64,000 nt of DNA. Source: Camelus ferus (Eukaryota). The stretch covers positions 72,604,001-72,668,000 of the forward strand of contig NC_045697.1 of the NCBI RefSeq assembly GCF_009834535.1, given 5' to 3'. The notes beneath the pieces were generated by a model, which saw nothing but the letters and a program-made list of their open reading frames with translations, was not told where the DNA came from and ran no database searches. The first letter of the stretch is position 1. Each line of letters starts with the position of its first letter. Of the stretch, positions 50,890 through 63,730 are shown piece by piece. Position numbers and translations under genes: made by a program.

Positions 50890-53800
50890 TAGACCAACTC
50901 AAATTCATCTGATATTTAGTAAAATAGTAGGTTATATAATCAATAGGCAAAATCATTAGCATTCATATTTATACCTAATAACCTATGAGGAGACATAATA
51001 GGAAAGAGGATCCTGTTTATGATAGAAAAATGGAGTGAATTGAAATAGAATATCTAGGCATGAGCTTAAGAAGTATTCAGACCTGTATGAGGAAAACTAT
51101 GAGACATCTCCACAATGCACAAAATTAGATTGGAAAAAGTGGAAAGACACACCATATTCTTGGCTAGGAAGGCAGAACATCATATAAATGACAGCTTTCC
51201 CTAAGTTAATTTATGAATTTAATGTTATCCAAATGAAAACTGGAGCTGTGCTAGTTGGTTAAAATTTTTAATTGGAAGATCACCAATCAAACATTAGGAA
51301 GACCTTAAAAAAGAAGACAAATGACTGGAATTCTTGTTCTAGTAGATGTTATTGCTGCATGAGCTGGACAGTCTAATGTAGTAGACAAACTAATCTAATT
51401 AGACAGACTAACATAATAGAATAAAAAATTCCAGAAATAGTCCCAAATGCTTATAGAAATTGATATGGGATAAAGATAACATACCAAAAGCAGTGCTAAA
51501 ATATGGATGTTTCAATAATGATATTGGCATAACTGAATAACTATATGGAAAATGATAAAATTTGATCCTTCCTTCAACTATATACCAGGATAAATTTCAA
51601 ATGTATCAGAAAAACCATGCAACTGCTAGAAAAGATATGGGGGAATTCTCTTATGATTTGCAAATGGGAAGATTTTCTTGGTTAAGATTTTAAGAAATCT
51701 AAATAAATAGGGTAATGACATAAATTTGACTACAACCAAATAAAAAAGAAATTTTGCATGAAAAAAGCTGTAAGAAAATTAAAATAATAAAACAAACTGA
51801 GAAAATCATTTGTCAATTATATTTCAGATAAAGGGTTGCCATCTCTAATATAAAAAGAGCTTCTAAAAATATAGTAGAAGACCAGTAACCCTAAGAAAAA
51901 ATGACAGACATTACTAACAAAAGTAATAATAAATGCTAATGATCCTAAATAAAATAAAAAAATTCAACTTCACCCGTAATGAGAAATACAAGTTAAAATT
52001 ACACTGGTATATAATTTCTCAACCATCAGGAAAACAATAATAAAAAATTTGGCAGTATACTCTGTTGGCTGATGGAAATGTGGAAAGGTACAAACTCTGT
52101 GGAGGGGAATGGGCAATATGTAGCAAAGCTGTATTTACATTTTTTTCTTTGACCCAGCAACTCCATTTCTAGGAATTTCTCTCAAATAAATGGGCATTGA
52201 AAAAGTAAAAAAGGACACATGCATAGAAAATGTGGAACTATTTTCAATAGAAAAAGACTCAGACAAGTTAAATATCCATCAGTAAGAAATAGTTAAATAA
52301 ACTATTATGCATTCACATGATAAAGTACTATTCTCCTGTAAAGAAGAACAAAGAATACACTGCTTTGAAATGAGCCTCAGGGTAGATAATAGTAAAAAAA
52401 AAAATAAAGGAGAAAACTGTGTATATTATACTTACTGTTTGTTTAAAGAAGTAAATTTTGAGGGCTTGTATTAGAAAAATGAAAGAGCAACCCACAACTA
52501 AAAGGGGAAAGTGTTATATAGAGTAGGACTTCTCAAAAGCAATGCTGTTGAAACTTTGGACTGAATAATTCATTGCTATAAGACTGTCTGGTGCACTGTA
52601 GGATGATTAGCAGCACCCCTGGTCTCTGTTTACTGAATGCCAGCAGCTCCTACCTAGATGTGACAACCAGATATTGCCAGATGTATCCTAAGGGGCACTA
52701 TTTTCTCGTTTGAGCACTGCGTTGATTGTGGAAGGGACAAAGTGCAGGTATAGAAATGGAAGCTGGACTTCTCCAAATACATATATTTAGGTTTGACTTT
52801 GAAACATGTAAATGTTTCATGTCGCTAAATAGTAAATTAATCCAAAATACAAAGCAGTTCCTAAAAATTGGGAGCAAAATGAAACAAATTGAGTTGGTAG
52901 GTTAACCACGCAGAGTAGATATTTCAAGTGACTGAAACATAATAATTTTGACTGTACAACTCTAGTGAATGTACTGTAAAGAGGAAAAGAACTGCAAAGA
53001 AATATTAAATTGTTTTTTTCAGTGATCAGTGTTAGCAATAATATTGATATTATTGTTCAGAACTCATTAATAAGTAATTAAGTTAATGCTGTTAGGAATA
53101 AACATTTTTAGCAAAAGAAAAGAGACATATAAAAGTACAAACAAAAAATTAAGTAAAAGCATCTTATCATAAATTTAGGTTGGAGATATTAACATGAACT
53201 CATAATATAGTTTCTCTTAAAGCAGGTGTATGCTAGTCCTGTCTGCTGAAAATGTCCCGAGACAGCGCCTTATAGTACCCAAGCTGTGGTCTTTAAACAA
53301 TTCTTTCCCCATAAAAAGAAACCAGAGTTTCTTGCAGAAATGAGTGTTTCGAGTCCAGGGCAGAAAAATGTACGAAAGGAGTCTGAAGATTTTGTCATAC
53401 CAGAAACTGAGGAAGCTACCAAGTCCTACTATGAATTATGACAAAAATGACATAGAAACCAAATTAAAGAGGCTTCCCCAGATAAGGAATAATAACTGTA
53501 TTAGATTAAAACACTTCAAATATATTAAACTTCATGACTTTATAATGATACGTACATACGTAAGAAAGCCTCACTGGTTACTTTTGGAGAATGTTACAGA
53601 ACCAATTTATTATTCTGAAACTTGGTAAATAAAGAGAAAGTATCAAACATGTATCTGTCTTTCCTGTATGAAGAACCTCACAGTAGCCACCTAGGTAATA
53701 CAGGAATACTTTTCTTTATTGAAGCATTCCATCTAATAAATAAAGAAGCAATCAAACAACTAGAATATTCTCTTTTTCTAATCTCTGATGAGAAATATAT

Positions 53801-54400
53801 CTAAGCAAAGACCAATAGCTGCTAAAACTATTTTAATGAAAGAATGAGGCCAGCAACACCTAAACTTACAAAAAGAGGTACAACCAAGTAGTATATTCTT
53901 CCTGGTAGACATGCACAACACCAACCATGATATTTTCTTGACAAAATATTGGCATGAATCTGAACAAACTTCTATATCTAACTACTCATTTATAGGAAAT
54001 ATGGGAGACAGAATAATATGCTAACTGACGCCATGGGGATGCAACCAGCAAAATCTAGAATGTGGGAAACTCTATAGAAATAACAGTCTTGTTTCTTCAA
54101 AAAAATTGCAAGGAATTAAAGAGGGAGAGGGAATGTATGAATTAATAAAGATTTAAGAAATGTCAACCAAACAAAACATTGGGCATAGCTTAGTTCTTGA
54201 TTGGGACAAATCAACTCTAAATAAAATACTAATGAAACAATTTGAGACATTTGAACATTGACTAGATATTTGATAATATTAAAAGTATTATTGTTAATTT
54301 TAAAGAAAGTAAACATGGTATTTTTAAATAAAAATAATATTTTTCTTATAGACATATATACTAAAATATTTATGAGTGAAATGAAATGTCTGATATATTC
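50890..54400 (+). mobile_element. Long, old L1 (L1MC/ME-like) with an internal MER20
   Basis: Degenerate ORF2 3' and 3'UTR motifs (AAATCATTAGCATT, TTTGACCCAGCAACTCCATTTCTAGGAATT). Confidence 0.7.
52523..52720. mobile_element. MER20 element
   Basis: GTGCACTGTAGGATGATTAGCAGCACCCCTGGTCTC...GTGACAACCAGATATTGCCAGATGT. Confidence 0.75.
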
Positions 54401-55318
54401 CAGTGAAGCACTGAAAAGGACTACTTGTCCTGCCTCATTAGGCCCCCAGACTTTGTTTAGAATTTGTAGTTGGTGTCTGAACAGCTCAGGCAAGTTGGGG
54501 TATCACATTCATACAGATTTTACTCCTTGGAGAAGATGAAAATGAAATCACTTAATGAATCTTCCTGCCTTTCTTTTATGATTCATTAACATTCTATTAT
54601 CTACCTCCAGTGGGAAAATAGACATCCTTTCTTTATTATTTCCCTGGAATTAGGTAAAAATATCCCACTTGTTTTTTTTTTTAATATATATAAACTTTTT
54701 TTTATTGAGTTATAGTCATTTTACAATGTTGTGTCGAATTCCAGTGTAGAGCACAGTTTTTCAGTTATACATGAACAAACATTCATTGTCACATTCTCTT
54801 TCGCTGTGAGCCCCCACAAGATCCTGTATATATTTCTCTGTGCTGCACAGTACAATCTTGTTTATCTATTCTACATTTTGCAATCCCAGTCCCTTCCCTC
54901 CCCCCATCCCCCTGGCAACCACAAGTTTGTATTTATGTCTATGAGTCATGTTTCCCCAAATTTCGGGACATTTTGGTGTAAATCTTTCTAGAGCTATTTT
55001 AAGGCTTGATGTGACTTCTGTAATGTTTGTGTTTAAAACTTTGAGATCATCATACTATTCTCTCCTTTTATTTCTCAATAGATTTTGAATCTGCAGTTCG
55101 ACTATGCCAGTATGTTCAGTATCTCCTTCCTCTGCTATTATTTATTCCAAAATGAAGAGGTCCTTTCCTACCTAAATTTTTGTCATATCCATATCATAAA
55201 CAAGTCCAAAGTAGAACGTTAATAGCAGTTTAGCATATTTGTTCAGTTTTGTGCATGAGAATATTATCAGAAAGGCAAGAAATGGAGGGGAGAGAGAGAG
55301 AGAATTTCTGAGGCAGAG

Positions 55319-55350
<32 letters not shown>

Positions 55351-55371
55351 TATATATATACACACACACAC

Positions 55372-55410
<39 letters not shown>

Positions 55411-55415
55411 TATAT
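55319..55415. repeat. Compound (TA)n/(CA)n microsatellite
   Basis: Read directly. Confidence 0.95.
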
Positions 55416-55914
55416 TTTAAAGAATTTGACTTTTAGCAGATATCCAGATTATTGAAACACTACATCACAACTATCTCTTGCCTTCGTGCTGGACTTGTAA
55501 CCTGTGTCAGGGCAGTGTCACTCCTTTTTTCTATGGGGGAATCTATAATGAATCATTGTTTCTTTTTCTCCCTCATCTAAATGTTCTCCACTAGACTTGC
55601 ACAGTAGGGCTATGAATTAGCAAACCTTATTCTTGAGTGACATCTATATATCTGCTGTTCAGCTTTCATTTCCAAAACCATGATCCTCACTATATGCGGA
55701 AGCAGCAGCACTACCTGTCCCCCAAACCCTCCATTTCCTAAGTAGAGTTTTAAGATTGCTCAAGCTGAATTCCACTACCTCTTGACTATGTTGTTTCTCA
55801 CAGTGAATCAGCAGAAATGAGTCCACATCCAACATGGGTTTTATATCTTGCCTGACTTACTTCAGAGCTATTTCTTCTCTGTTAGATTTTAAAAAAGAAT
55901 TATTCCTACACATA

Positions 55915-56382
55915 CAGTCAATTAATCCTCAATAAAGGAGGCAAAAATATACAACGAAGAAAAGACAGTTTCTTTGACAAGTAGTGTTGAAAAAGACGCA
56001 CAGCCGCATGTAAATCAATGAAGTTAGAACACTCCCTCACATCATACAGAAAAATTAACTCAAAGTGGCTTAAAGACTCAAGACAGGACACCATAAACCT
56101 CCTAGAAGAGAACATAGGCAAACATTCTCTGATATTAATCTCAGCAATGTTCTACCAAGGCAATAGAAACAAAACCAAAAATAAACAAATAAGACCTAAT
56201 TAAATTGAAAAGCTTTTGCACAGCAAAAGAAGCTATATAAAAAAAAACGAAAAAACAACCTATGAAATGGGAGAAAATATTTGCAAACAATGTGACTGAC
56301 AGGGGCTTAGTTTCCAGAATATACAAACAGCTCATACAATTCAATAACCAAAAAAACAAACAACCCAGTCAAAAAAATGGGC
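55915..56382 (+). mobile_element. L1 ORF2 3' fragment
   Basis: AAATTAACTCAAAGTGGCTTAAAGAC...CCTAGAAGAGAACATAGGC...GGGAGAAAATATTTGCAAAC. Confidence 0.88.
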
Positions 56383-56599
56383 ATTGTTAATTTTTTGTTG
56401 TTTTTATTCTTTTCTCTTATTGTTTCCATCCTGCTCATGATTAGGTACTGCTTCCATCAGTACCTCTCTTTATTGGTCAGACTTCTGTAATTTACCAATT
56501 ATTTCCTCATTTGTCAGGATCTTATGAGATTGTCATGAGGGTTAAATACAAAGATGATAAAGCAATTTAGAGATCTCAGATTGGAATCGCTCCTGAACC

Positions 56600-56942
56600 T
56601 GTGTATTGGCTCTCTGTATTCACCCATTCCAGATATGCAGATTTAACCAACTGGAGATGGAAAATACTTGAAAAAAAATTCCAGAGAATTTCAAAAACAA
56701 AACTGGAATTTGCTACACATTGGCAACTATTTCTATAGTATGTACAAATATTTTCATAGCATTTACATTGTATTAGGTATTATGAGTAATCTAGAGATGA
56801 TTTAAAGTATATGGGAGGATGTACATAGATTTTATACAAATATTGTGCCATTTTATATAAGGTTCTGGAGCATCCTCAGGTTTTAGTATCCTGGAGTATC
56901 CTGGAAGAACCAATCCTCTGAGGATACCAAGGAATGACTGTA
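56600..56942. mobile_element. MER2-like (Tigger) DNA transposon
   Basis: AGCATTTACATTGTATTAGGTATTATGAGTAATCTAGAGATGATTTAAAGTATATGGGAGGATG...GGATACCAAGGAATGACTGTA. Confidence 0.8.
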
Positions 56943-57546
56943 GACCCTCTTTGGTTTTCACTCTCTCCTTTACTCAAGTTTTTAAAAATTGAAGTTGTTT
57001 TCTTATGCAGATGTGCTCCTGTGTTCTCTGTCTTAATAAATAACCTATGATGCACCACTTAGCCCAAGCCAAAATCTTAGACTCATCTCTATATTTCATC
57101 AATGATTAAATCTTATTAAGTTGATTTCCTTAAAAAAATTTAAAGCTTGTGATTCTCCATTCCTCTTATTGCTACATTGGTTTGGGCACTTGCCATTTTA
57201 TTCTTGAATGATTGCAACAGGCTTCTAATTGTTTTTTAGCCTATAGAATTCTCTGTCCTGCTACCAATTCATTCTCCTCATTGGTGTTGGTAGATGCTTT
57301 TTGGAATGCGTATCTGATCTTCTGACTCCCTTAAAATGTTAAATAGCAATGATAATAATAAGCAAACGGCCTTATTCCTGACTAGTGCAGAAATTCATCT
57401 AATGTTCTCCTATTAAGAAGAATAGCAAATTAAAGAAGCATCCAGTGAGTCTTGTTTGCTTTATTTTTATTTAAAAAATTTTTTTTAAATTGCAGTATAG
57501 TCAATTTACCATGTTGTGTTAGTTTCTGGTGTACAGCATAGTGATT

Positions 57547-57577
<31 letters not shown>

Positions 57578-57586
57578 ACACACACA

Positions 57587-57626
<40 letters not shown>
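57547..57626. repeat. (CA)n-(TG)n-(TA)n compound microsatellite
   Basis: Read directly. Confidence 0.95.
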
Positions 57627-57627
<1 letters not shown>

Positions 57628-57699
57628 TCTTTTTTTAAAAGACAACAAATGCCAGACTAAATAATGCAGAAGAACAAATAACAAAGTCCTGTTTTATTG

Positions 57700-58510
57700 A
57701 CTATTTTCTTCTTTTTTAAAATCTAGAATTGTTGTTAAATTTGGCTAAATGCCTTTTCAGCACCTGTGGAGATATTTGCATGATTTTCCTCTCCTTTGAG
57801 CTATTAATAGGTTTCATAATATTGAAGGATTTCTGCATTCCTGGAATAAAACTTACTTGCTCATCCTGTGTTTTCTTTCTAGTGTACTACTGGGTTTCAT
57901 TTGCCAATACATAATTTAAAATTTACATTGGTAAGCAGAGATGGGATTGGTGTGTAGTTTTTTTTTTTCCTGTGTAAACTTTGTAAATTTGGGTATCAGT
58001 ATTATTATCCCTGAACCTTTAAATTGAATTCTCATTTTTCTCTCTTTTATATGCTATGAAACACTTTAAATAGCTTTGGAATTGTATGATCTTAAAATAT
58101 TTAGTAGAATTCTCCACAGAATCATTTAGGCCTGGTCCTCTTTTTTGGGGTAGTTCATTTATAGTTTTTTTCCTATTTCTTTGATGGAAATTGACTTGTT
58201 TAGACTTTTACATTTCTTCTTTCATCAGTTATGTTAAATTGTAATTTGCTACAAAATTCTGCATTTCATACTTTTAAGATTTGTTTATTGTGCAAAGTAG
58301 TTACTTAAGATTTTAAATCATTTATTTAAATTTATGGTTATTTTGCCCTTGTCATTTATTTCATTCATTTATGTTCTTCCTGTTGTATTAAGTTATTTAG
58401 TATTTAAAAAAATACTTAAAAATTTTTGTCCTAGTGTCAGCTTTTTATTGATATAGTGGCTCTACCTTTTTTTAATTTAGTTTAGTTTTTATTCTTCCTA
58501 TATCATCAAT
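57700..58510 (-). mobile_element. Old L1 ORF2 fragment
   Basis: AAATGCCTTTTCAGCACCTGTGGAGAT...TGCATTCCTGGAATAAA...TAGTAGAATTCTCC...GGCCTGGT. Confidence 0.75.
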
Positions 58511-60196
58511 TTTGAATTGCTACTTAAAGTGCACGTGCTGGATGACTAGAGATGCATGAGTTTGACTGTAATATACATGCCATAACACATAAAAAGATAT
58601 ACACTGAATAAATACTTATTGAATGGAATTTTGATCTTTTGTATATTGGAGACTATTTGAATACATTGTATCCTTAGAAAATATACTTGATTTTTCTAGT
58701 ATTCATCAGGTTTACCTTTTGTGTTGAGTGGTTAATCTGTCCTTATTTTCATTCAAATATTTTAGAAGTAATTTTTTGGGGTTAACATTTCTGGACTGGA
58801 AGATGGTAGCTTCAGTGAAAAGTTCGATTAAATTGTGGTAATAAATGTCAGCAAAAATAAAATACAGAATAGGTCAGCCACTGTCTTCATATGATGTCTA
58901 TTCTCGGATATTTATGTCTCTTGTAGTACATGTGGTTACATTTTAGCTTTTTGCTTTGTAGTACTAGCATTTAAAGTTTTTAAGGTTTTTCTGGAATAAA
59001 CTATGTTGTCTCAAACAGGTGGTTGGTATTTTAGTCTCATTCATTCAGTGGTTTCCTTAAAAATAAAGATTAATTTTTTTCTTTTTATCTAAAATTACAA
59101 AACACCATGGTAAACAGCAAAATTAAATAGTAAGAGAAATATTTCTTACAGTGTTTTTAACAGGATAAACACAGACTTTCATAACATTTGATACTCTCCA
59201 CCCTAATTCTTATTGTTATTTACTTATTCCAGGCCACTTTCATCCACAGACTTTAATTGATATGTATTTAGTAATACATTTGAAATATTTGGAGTTGTAA
59301 GCCCCTCTTGGATGTGTGTAGTACTCTGGGCAGTCAGTCACTCTGGGTAAATTCTTCTGTACCTCTTCCTGGCTACCATCTGTGGCTACTAATCAAATCA
59401 GTTCTCTGACTTTATTTCTGTCTTCTGTTGAGGTAATTCCTCACAGATTTCAGCTTTTCTCTCTTTCAGAGTTCCTTCATCTTTTGTGCATCATAAACCA
59501 AAATATAGTCTTAAGGTAACTCTCTACTTTTCAAGAAGAGTGGAAGCTAGTAATCTATTTTTTCATTGACCTTTGCTTAGAGCCATTAACACAATATTTA
59601 CATTTAATATAATTGCATGCTCATATTGCTCACTCTTTTTTTATGTCTTTAAAAATTTCTCAGAAAATTAAAATGATTGAGTAGAGAGATTGTGTATCAC
59701 ATGAAGTTTTTGTGTTCTCAACAGTATTTTTAAGCTGAGATTCACTCAATTTATAACTGGTATTTGTTGACTTATAAGTGAAAATGGCTTCAGGTTTTCC
59801 TTACTCTTCTCTTCTTTTGTGAACCTGTTCAGCACTCTATGATGAATGTTTATTAATAAGTTTTAATAGTGCTGACTTGACAGGTTTAGAGATAGTACAT
59901 AATCTCTCATCCAGTTTCTCTTTGCGGAAAAGATGGACAAATCAAATTCTTTACTACAGTTGGTGACTTATTAAAATATTTTATAAACATAAAACCAGAA
60001 ATAATAAAATCATGAAAGCATAAACCTGGCAATTCTTTTGAAGCATTTTTTTCTGTACTTGTCTGTGTCATAGTGTCATTCCAGAGAGAAAACTTGTATT
60101 TCTTTCTTCATAGTTTACAGAGGATAAATCTTATCTACAATAAAAATGTTATTTTCTTTTCTTTTTAAAATTGTATTAGTGGCAGAGAATGTCTGG

Positions 60197-60204
<8 letters not shown>

Positions 60205-60244
<40 letters not shown>
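60205..60244. repeat. (TA)n microsatellite
   Basis: Read directly. Confidence 0.95.
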
Positions 60245-60246
<2 letters not shown>

Positions 60247-60736
60247 AAAAACTAATCTTTTAGAAAGTTTATATTTTACCTAACCTGACTTCTATTTAGT
60301 TTTCGATCACATAGTTTACCCAAATACAGCTTCTGGTTTTTTTGAAATGTTTGAGAGGCTCAGTATTGTATGTGGTTTGTGGTGTATATTAGTTAAGGAA
60401 ATTGCATGTATAAGAAAATGTATCATACTTATTAATTACACTTGTTCCAGTATTGCTATGAAAACATGGAAAGTTGAGAGTAATTAGAATACTGATATAA
60501 CATATTTCATATTTTTTGCATATCCATTACAACTTAAATAATTTTTATTAGACATTGTCAGCAATTCTCATATTATGGATTGTATTTATCTATAATCATT
60601 CATACAAGCAACAACTGCTGGACACTGATGCTGTCCTTATTACGTGTCACATCCTTAAAAACTCATGACCTGCCAAGTTTTGAGATATAGCTAGGAATCT
60701 TATTTGAGGATGTCTGATGATAAAGTTATGCTGAGG

Positions 60737-60746
60737 ATTATTATTA

Positions 60747-60820
<74 letters not shown>
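60737..60820. repeat. (ATT)n microsatellite
   Basis: Read directly. Confidence 0.95.
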
Positions 60821-60823
<3 letters not shown>

Positions 60824-62759
60824 GAATAAATTGTGCTGTGGTTGAATCTCAGATAATTTTTGCCGCCTCTCAGATTTTTTTTTTAGTTTTTTTCCAACTC
60901 TATTGGGATATAATTGATGTATAACGTTAAGTATTCAACATGATGATTTGATACATGTGTACACTGAGAAATAATTACTACAATAAAGTTAGTTAGCACT
61001 TCCATCATCTCACATAATTACCTTTTTGGGGGGAAGAGTGATGAGAACATTTAAGATCTACTCTTTTAGCAACTTTCAGGTATGTAATACATTACTGTTA
61101 ACTATAGTCACCATGCTGTACATTACATCCCCAGAAAGTATTCATCTTATAACTGAAAGTTTGTACCATTTGATCCACATCTCCTTGTTTCCCTTACCCT
61201 CCCAACCCTGGCAACCTCCAGGTTGGGTTTAATTTCTACCCTGCTATTTACTGACTCTATGACCTTGAGCAAATTACTTCAGCTCTACCAATTCTGTCTT
61301 GTTTTTTTCACTTACGGAACTCTTGACTGGATATTAAGAGAATTTTGGGGAAGTCCTTGCTATACAGCAGACATTGAATAAGTGTTATTTTTTTCCCTCC
61401 CTGGTCTGTACTACTACTTGTTTCTAATCAAACTTGTTGTTCCTTGCATAATATGGAAAATTAATAATTCATTTCAACCACTTATTGTGTATATGACACT
61501 GTGTTAGTGCTGAATATTTGATGTGAAAATGAAGCCCTTCCTTAGAGTCACAATAGGCTGTTTTCACATATCTTACACTCTGATTTATCTGTTGACCACT
61601 AGACAATTAGGGTAACTTAAATTTCAGCCTTTGAACAAGTTCAGAAGACACTGAACTTAAGTTGAGAAAAACTAATATACTTAATGAGGTGTATTGAGGA
61701 TTGGTGAGGTGAGAACATTTTATCCTGTAGAAATTTTATATCCCAATTATTAGGATTATAATAGAGCCAACATACTAACTTGGATTGGAAAATGAATTGT
61801 TTTCAGGCATTTTGAGGACATTGAATTCCAAAGATATATCAGACTCTCCAGAACACATATGTTAATGATAAATTAATGTTTAAGAGGGAGTTAAGGAGGA
61901 TTACCACAGAGTAGAAACCATAGATCTTTTTTGGTTTTCTTACTCCTCCCTATTCCTTCCCACTGTCTTTCATGGACATATATATGTTCTGTTGTTCCTT
62001 GAGACATAACATAATGATAGATGTCACCAGGAGGAGATAAATCACTATAAGGGACAGCACCATTAACAAATAGATACTTATATCCATATAATTTTCAAAT
62101 TATTCAGGGTACATATATTTGAGTAAGGAGCTCTCCTGTGTTTCTAGTCATCTCCAGATTACAATCTCCAGACTGTAATAGTCCAGTAGACCAGGTAGTT
62201 TTAATTCAATTTCCCAAAGTGAAGGTACATACCTACATACCCAAAGTGAAGGTACATACATACCTAACATTACAAGTTAAAGGAGATAATTTTAGATAGT
62301 ATATATCTGAGGCACATGACCTTAAAAAAATCAAAATAAGAGATTTTTGAACTTTACAATTCCTCCAATTAGTAAAGAAAGAATCTCAGTTTGATGGCAG
62401 CATATATTTAACAATTAGCCCTACATAATGTAACTTTTTATATAGAGAGAGTATGTCTCAAACTCTGGGCTTTGGCAACTAAAATTTAACAGCACAATTT
62501 AATTTTCATTCCTTTTTTAATGGTTACTTTTTGGTTTGTAGAAGTGATGCTGTATTTCCTTTTATGGCAGTGATATAAAAGTTTTTGTTGAAAATACATT
62601 TAAGTGGTGATTTAATTCATTGAAGCATAAAAATTAAGGAAATAATTGTATAAATTGTTTAAAGCAAACTGTGAAAATAATGTTGACAGCAATTTAGCTT
62701 TAACATGATTTAGTGCTTTCCTTTCCAATTAATGTATATTGTCACCTGATACCCAGAAC

Positions 62760-63730
62760 TGGACAAATGCTTCATGAGTGAAGACTATGCTGCTACTGTT
62801 AGTAACTAGGTTCTGCACAATATACTTCTATTAATACCACCTGAGATTGCATTAGCTCTTTTGCAAAGCCCATTATTACGCTTTTGTCTCATATTGAGCT
62901 TGAAGTCAACTAAAAGCCTTAGGGGTTTTTCATAAGAACTGCTGCCAAGCTGGGTTTTTTCCTCAAGACTAGTACAGTTGATTTTTTGAAGTCCAGGATA
63001 CAAAATACCATAATTACTATTAAATTTCATCTTGGTTGCTGTGTACCAATGACTCAACTTGTTCAGATCTTTTTGGATCTTGATTTCCTTTTTTGATTTA
63101 TTAGCTCTTATCCCAGTACTGCCCTTCTGAAAATTTGTTAAGAATACTTCCCATGTTTTCACCCAAGTAATTGATTTTAAAACATGAAGCAAGAAAAAGC
63201 CACAGTTTAAGAACTACTGTGTTTCATTAGAGACTCCTTTTAGGTTGATGTCAAACTTTTGATCATGGTAAAAATCCCTTTAAATTTATAGATGAAGAAA
63301 CTAACAATTCAGTGCCTCTATGCTTAGTTGCACAGGTTGTGCAGTGCACAGATCTGGATATGTATTCACATAGGTTCAAATGCACCATTGTGTACAGGAG
63401 TCCAGCTTTGGATGACGGTTTTCAGTCACTGCAAATTCACCTACATAGTTGTTTCACTAAGGTCACATTTTCCTACTGTATTTATAGAAATAATATTAAA
63501 TATTTTGTCAAATGTCTTGTTAAAAATCCAAAATACAACAAAATTATTAAGATTCTCCTCTTTCTCACTTCAGAAGGAAACTTACCAATGGAAAAAATAG
63601 AATAATTTGGCCTCATTTGTTCCTGACAAACACTTGTTATCTCATTGTAATTGCCTTTTACTTTTCAATCATCTGTTGATCATGTGATAGATAATTTAGT
63701 TTTGAATTTTGTAGAGAATTGACATTAAGC
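62760..63730 (-). mobile_element. CR1/L3 LINE reverse-transcriptase fragment
   Basis: ORF 62806-63192 contains IQKDLNKLSHW..KMKFN..LGSSSYEKPLRLLVDFKLNM..KRANAISGGINRSI, the typical CR1 RT C-terminal signature. Confidence 0.85.

Larger units (their letters stand above)
58690..62490 (+). pseudogene. Highly decayed leucine-rich-repeat gene, probably a Toll-like-receptor ectodomain relic
   Basis: Colinear + strand LRR-like fragments with stops and frameshifts: NISGLEDGSFSEKFD*IVVINVSKNKIQ (58784), HLKFLRFFWNKL (58968), FLHSLQRINLIYNK (60103), LPNLTSI (60276), DIARNLI (60684), LFSHILHSDLS..SAFEQVQKTLNLS*EKL (61558), GLVR*EHFIL (61698), F*TLQFLQLV (62345), LRR-CT-like QLALHNVTF..LKLWALATK (62412). 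Confidence 0.65.

Noticed and set aside
55172..55436. ORFs with CVCV/YIYI/HTHT runs (also 57430-57684)
   Set aside because: Translations of dinucleotide microsatellites.
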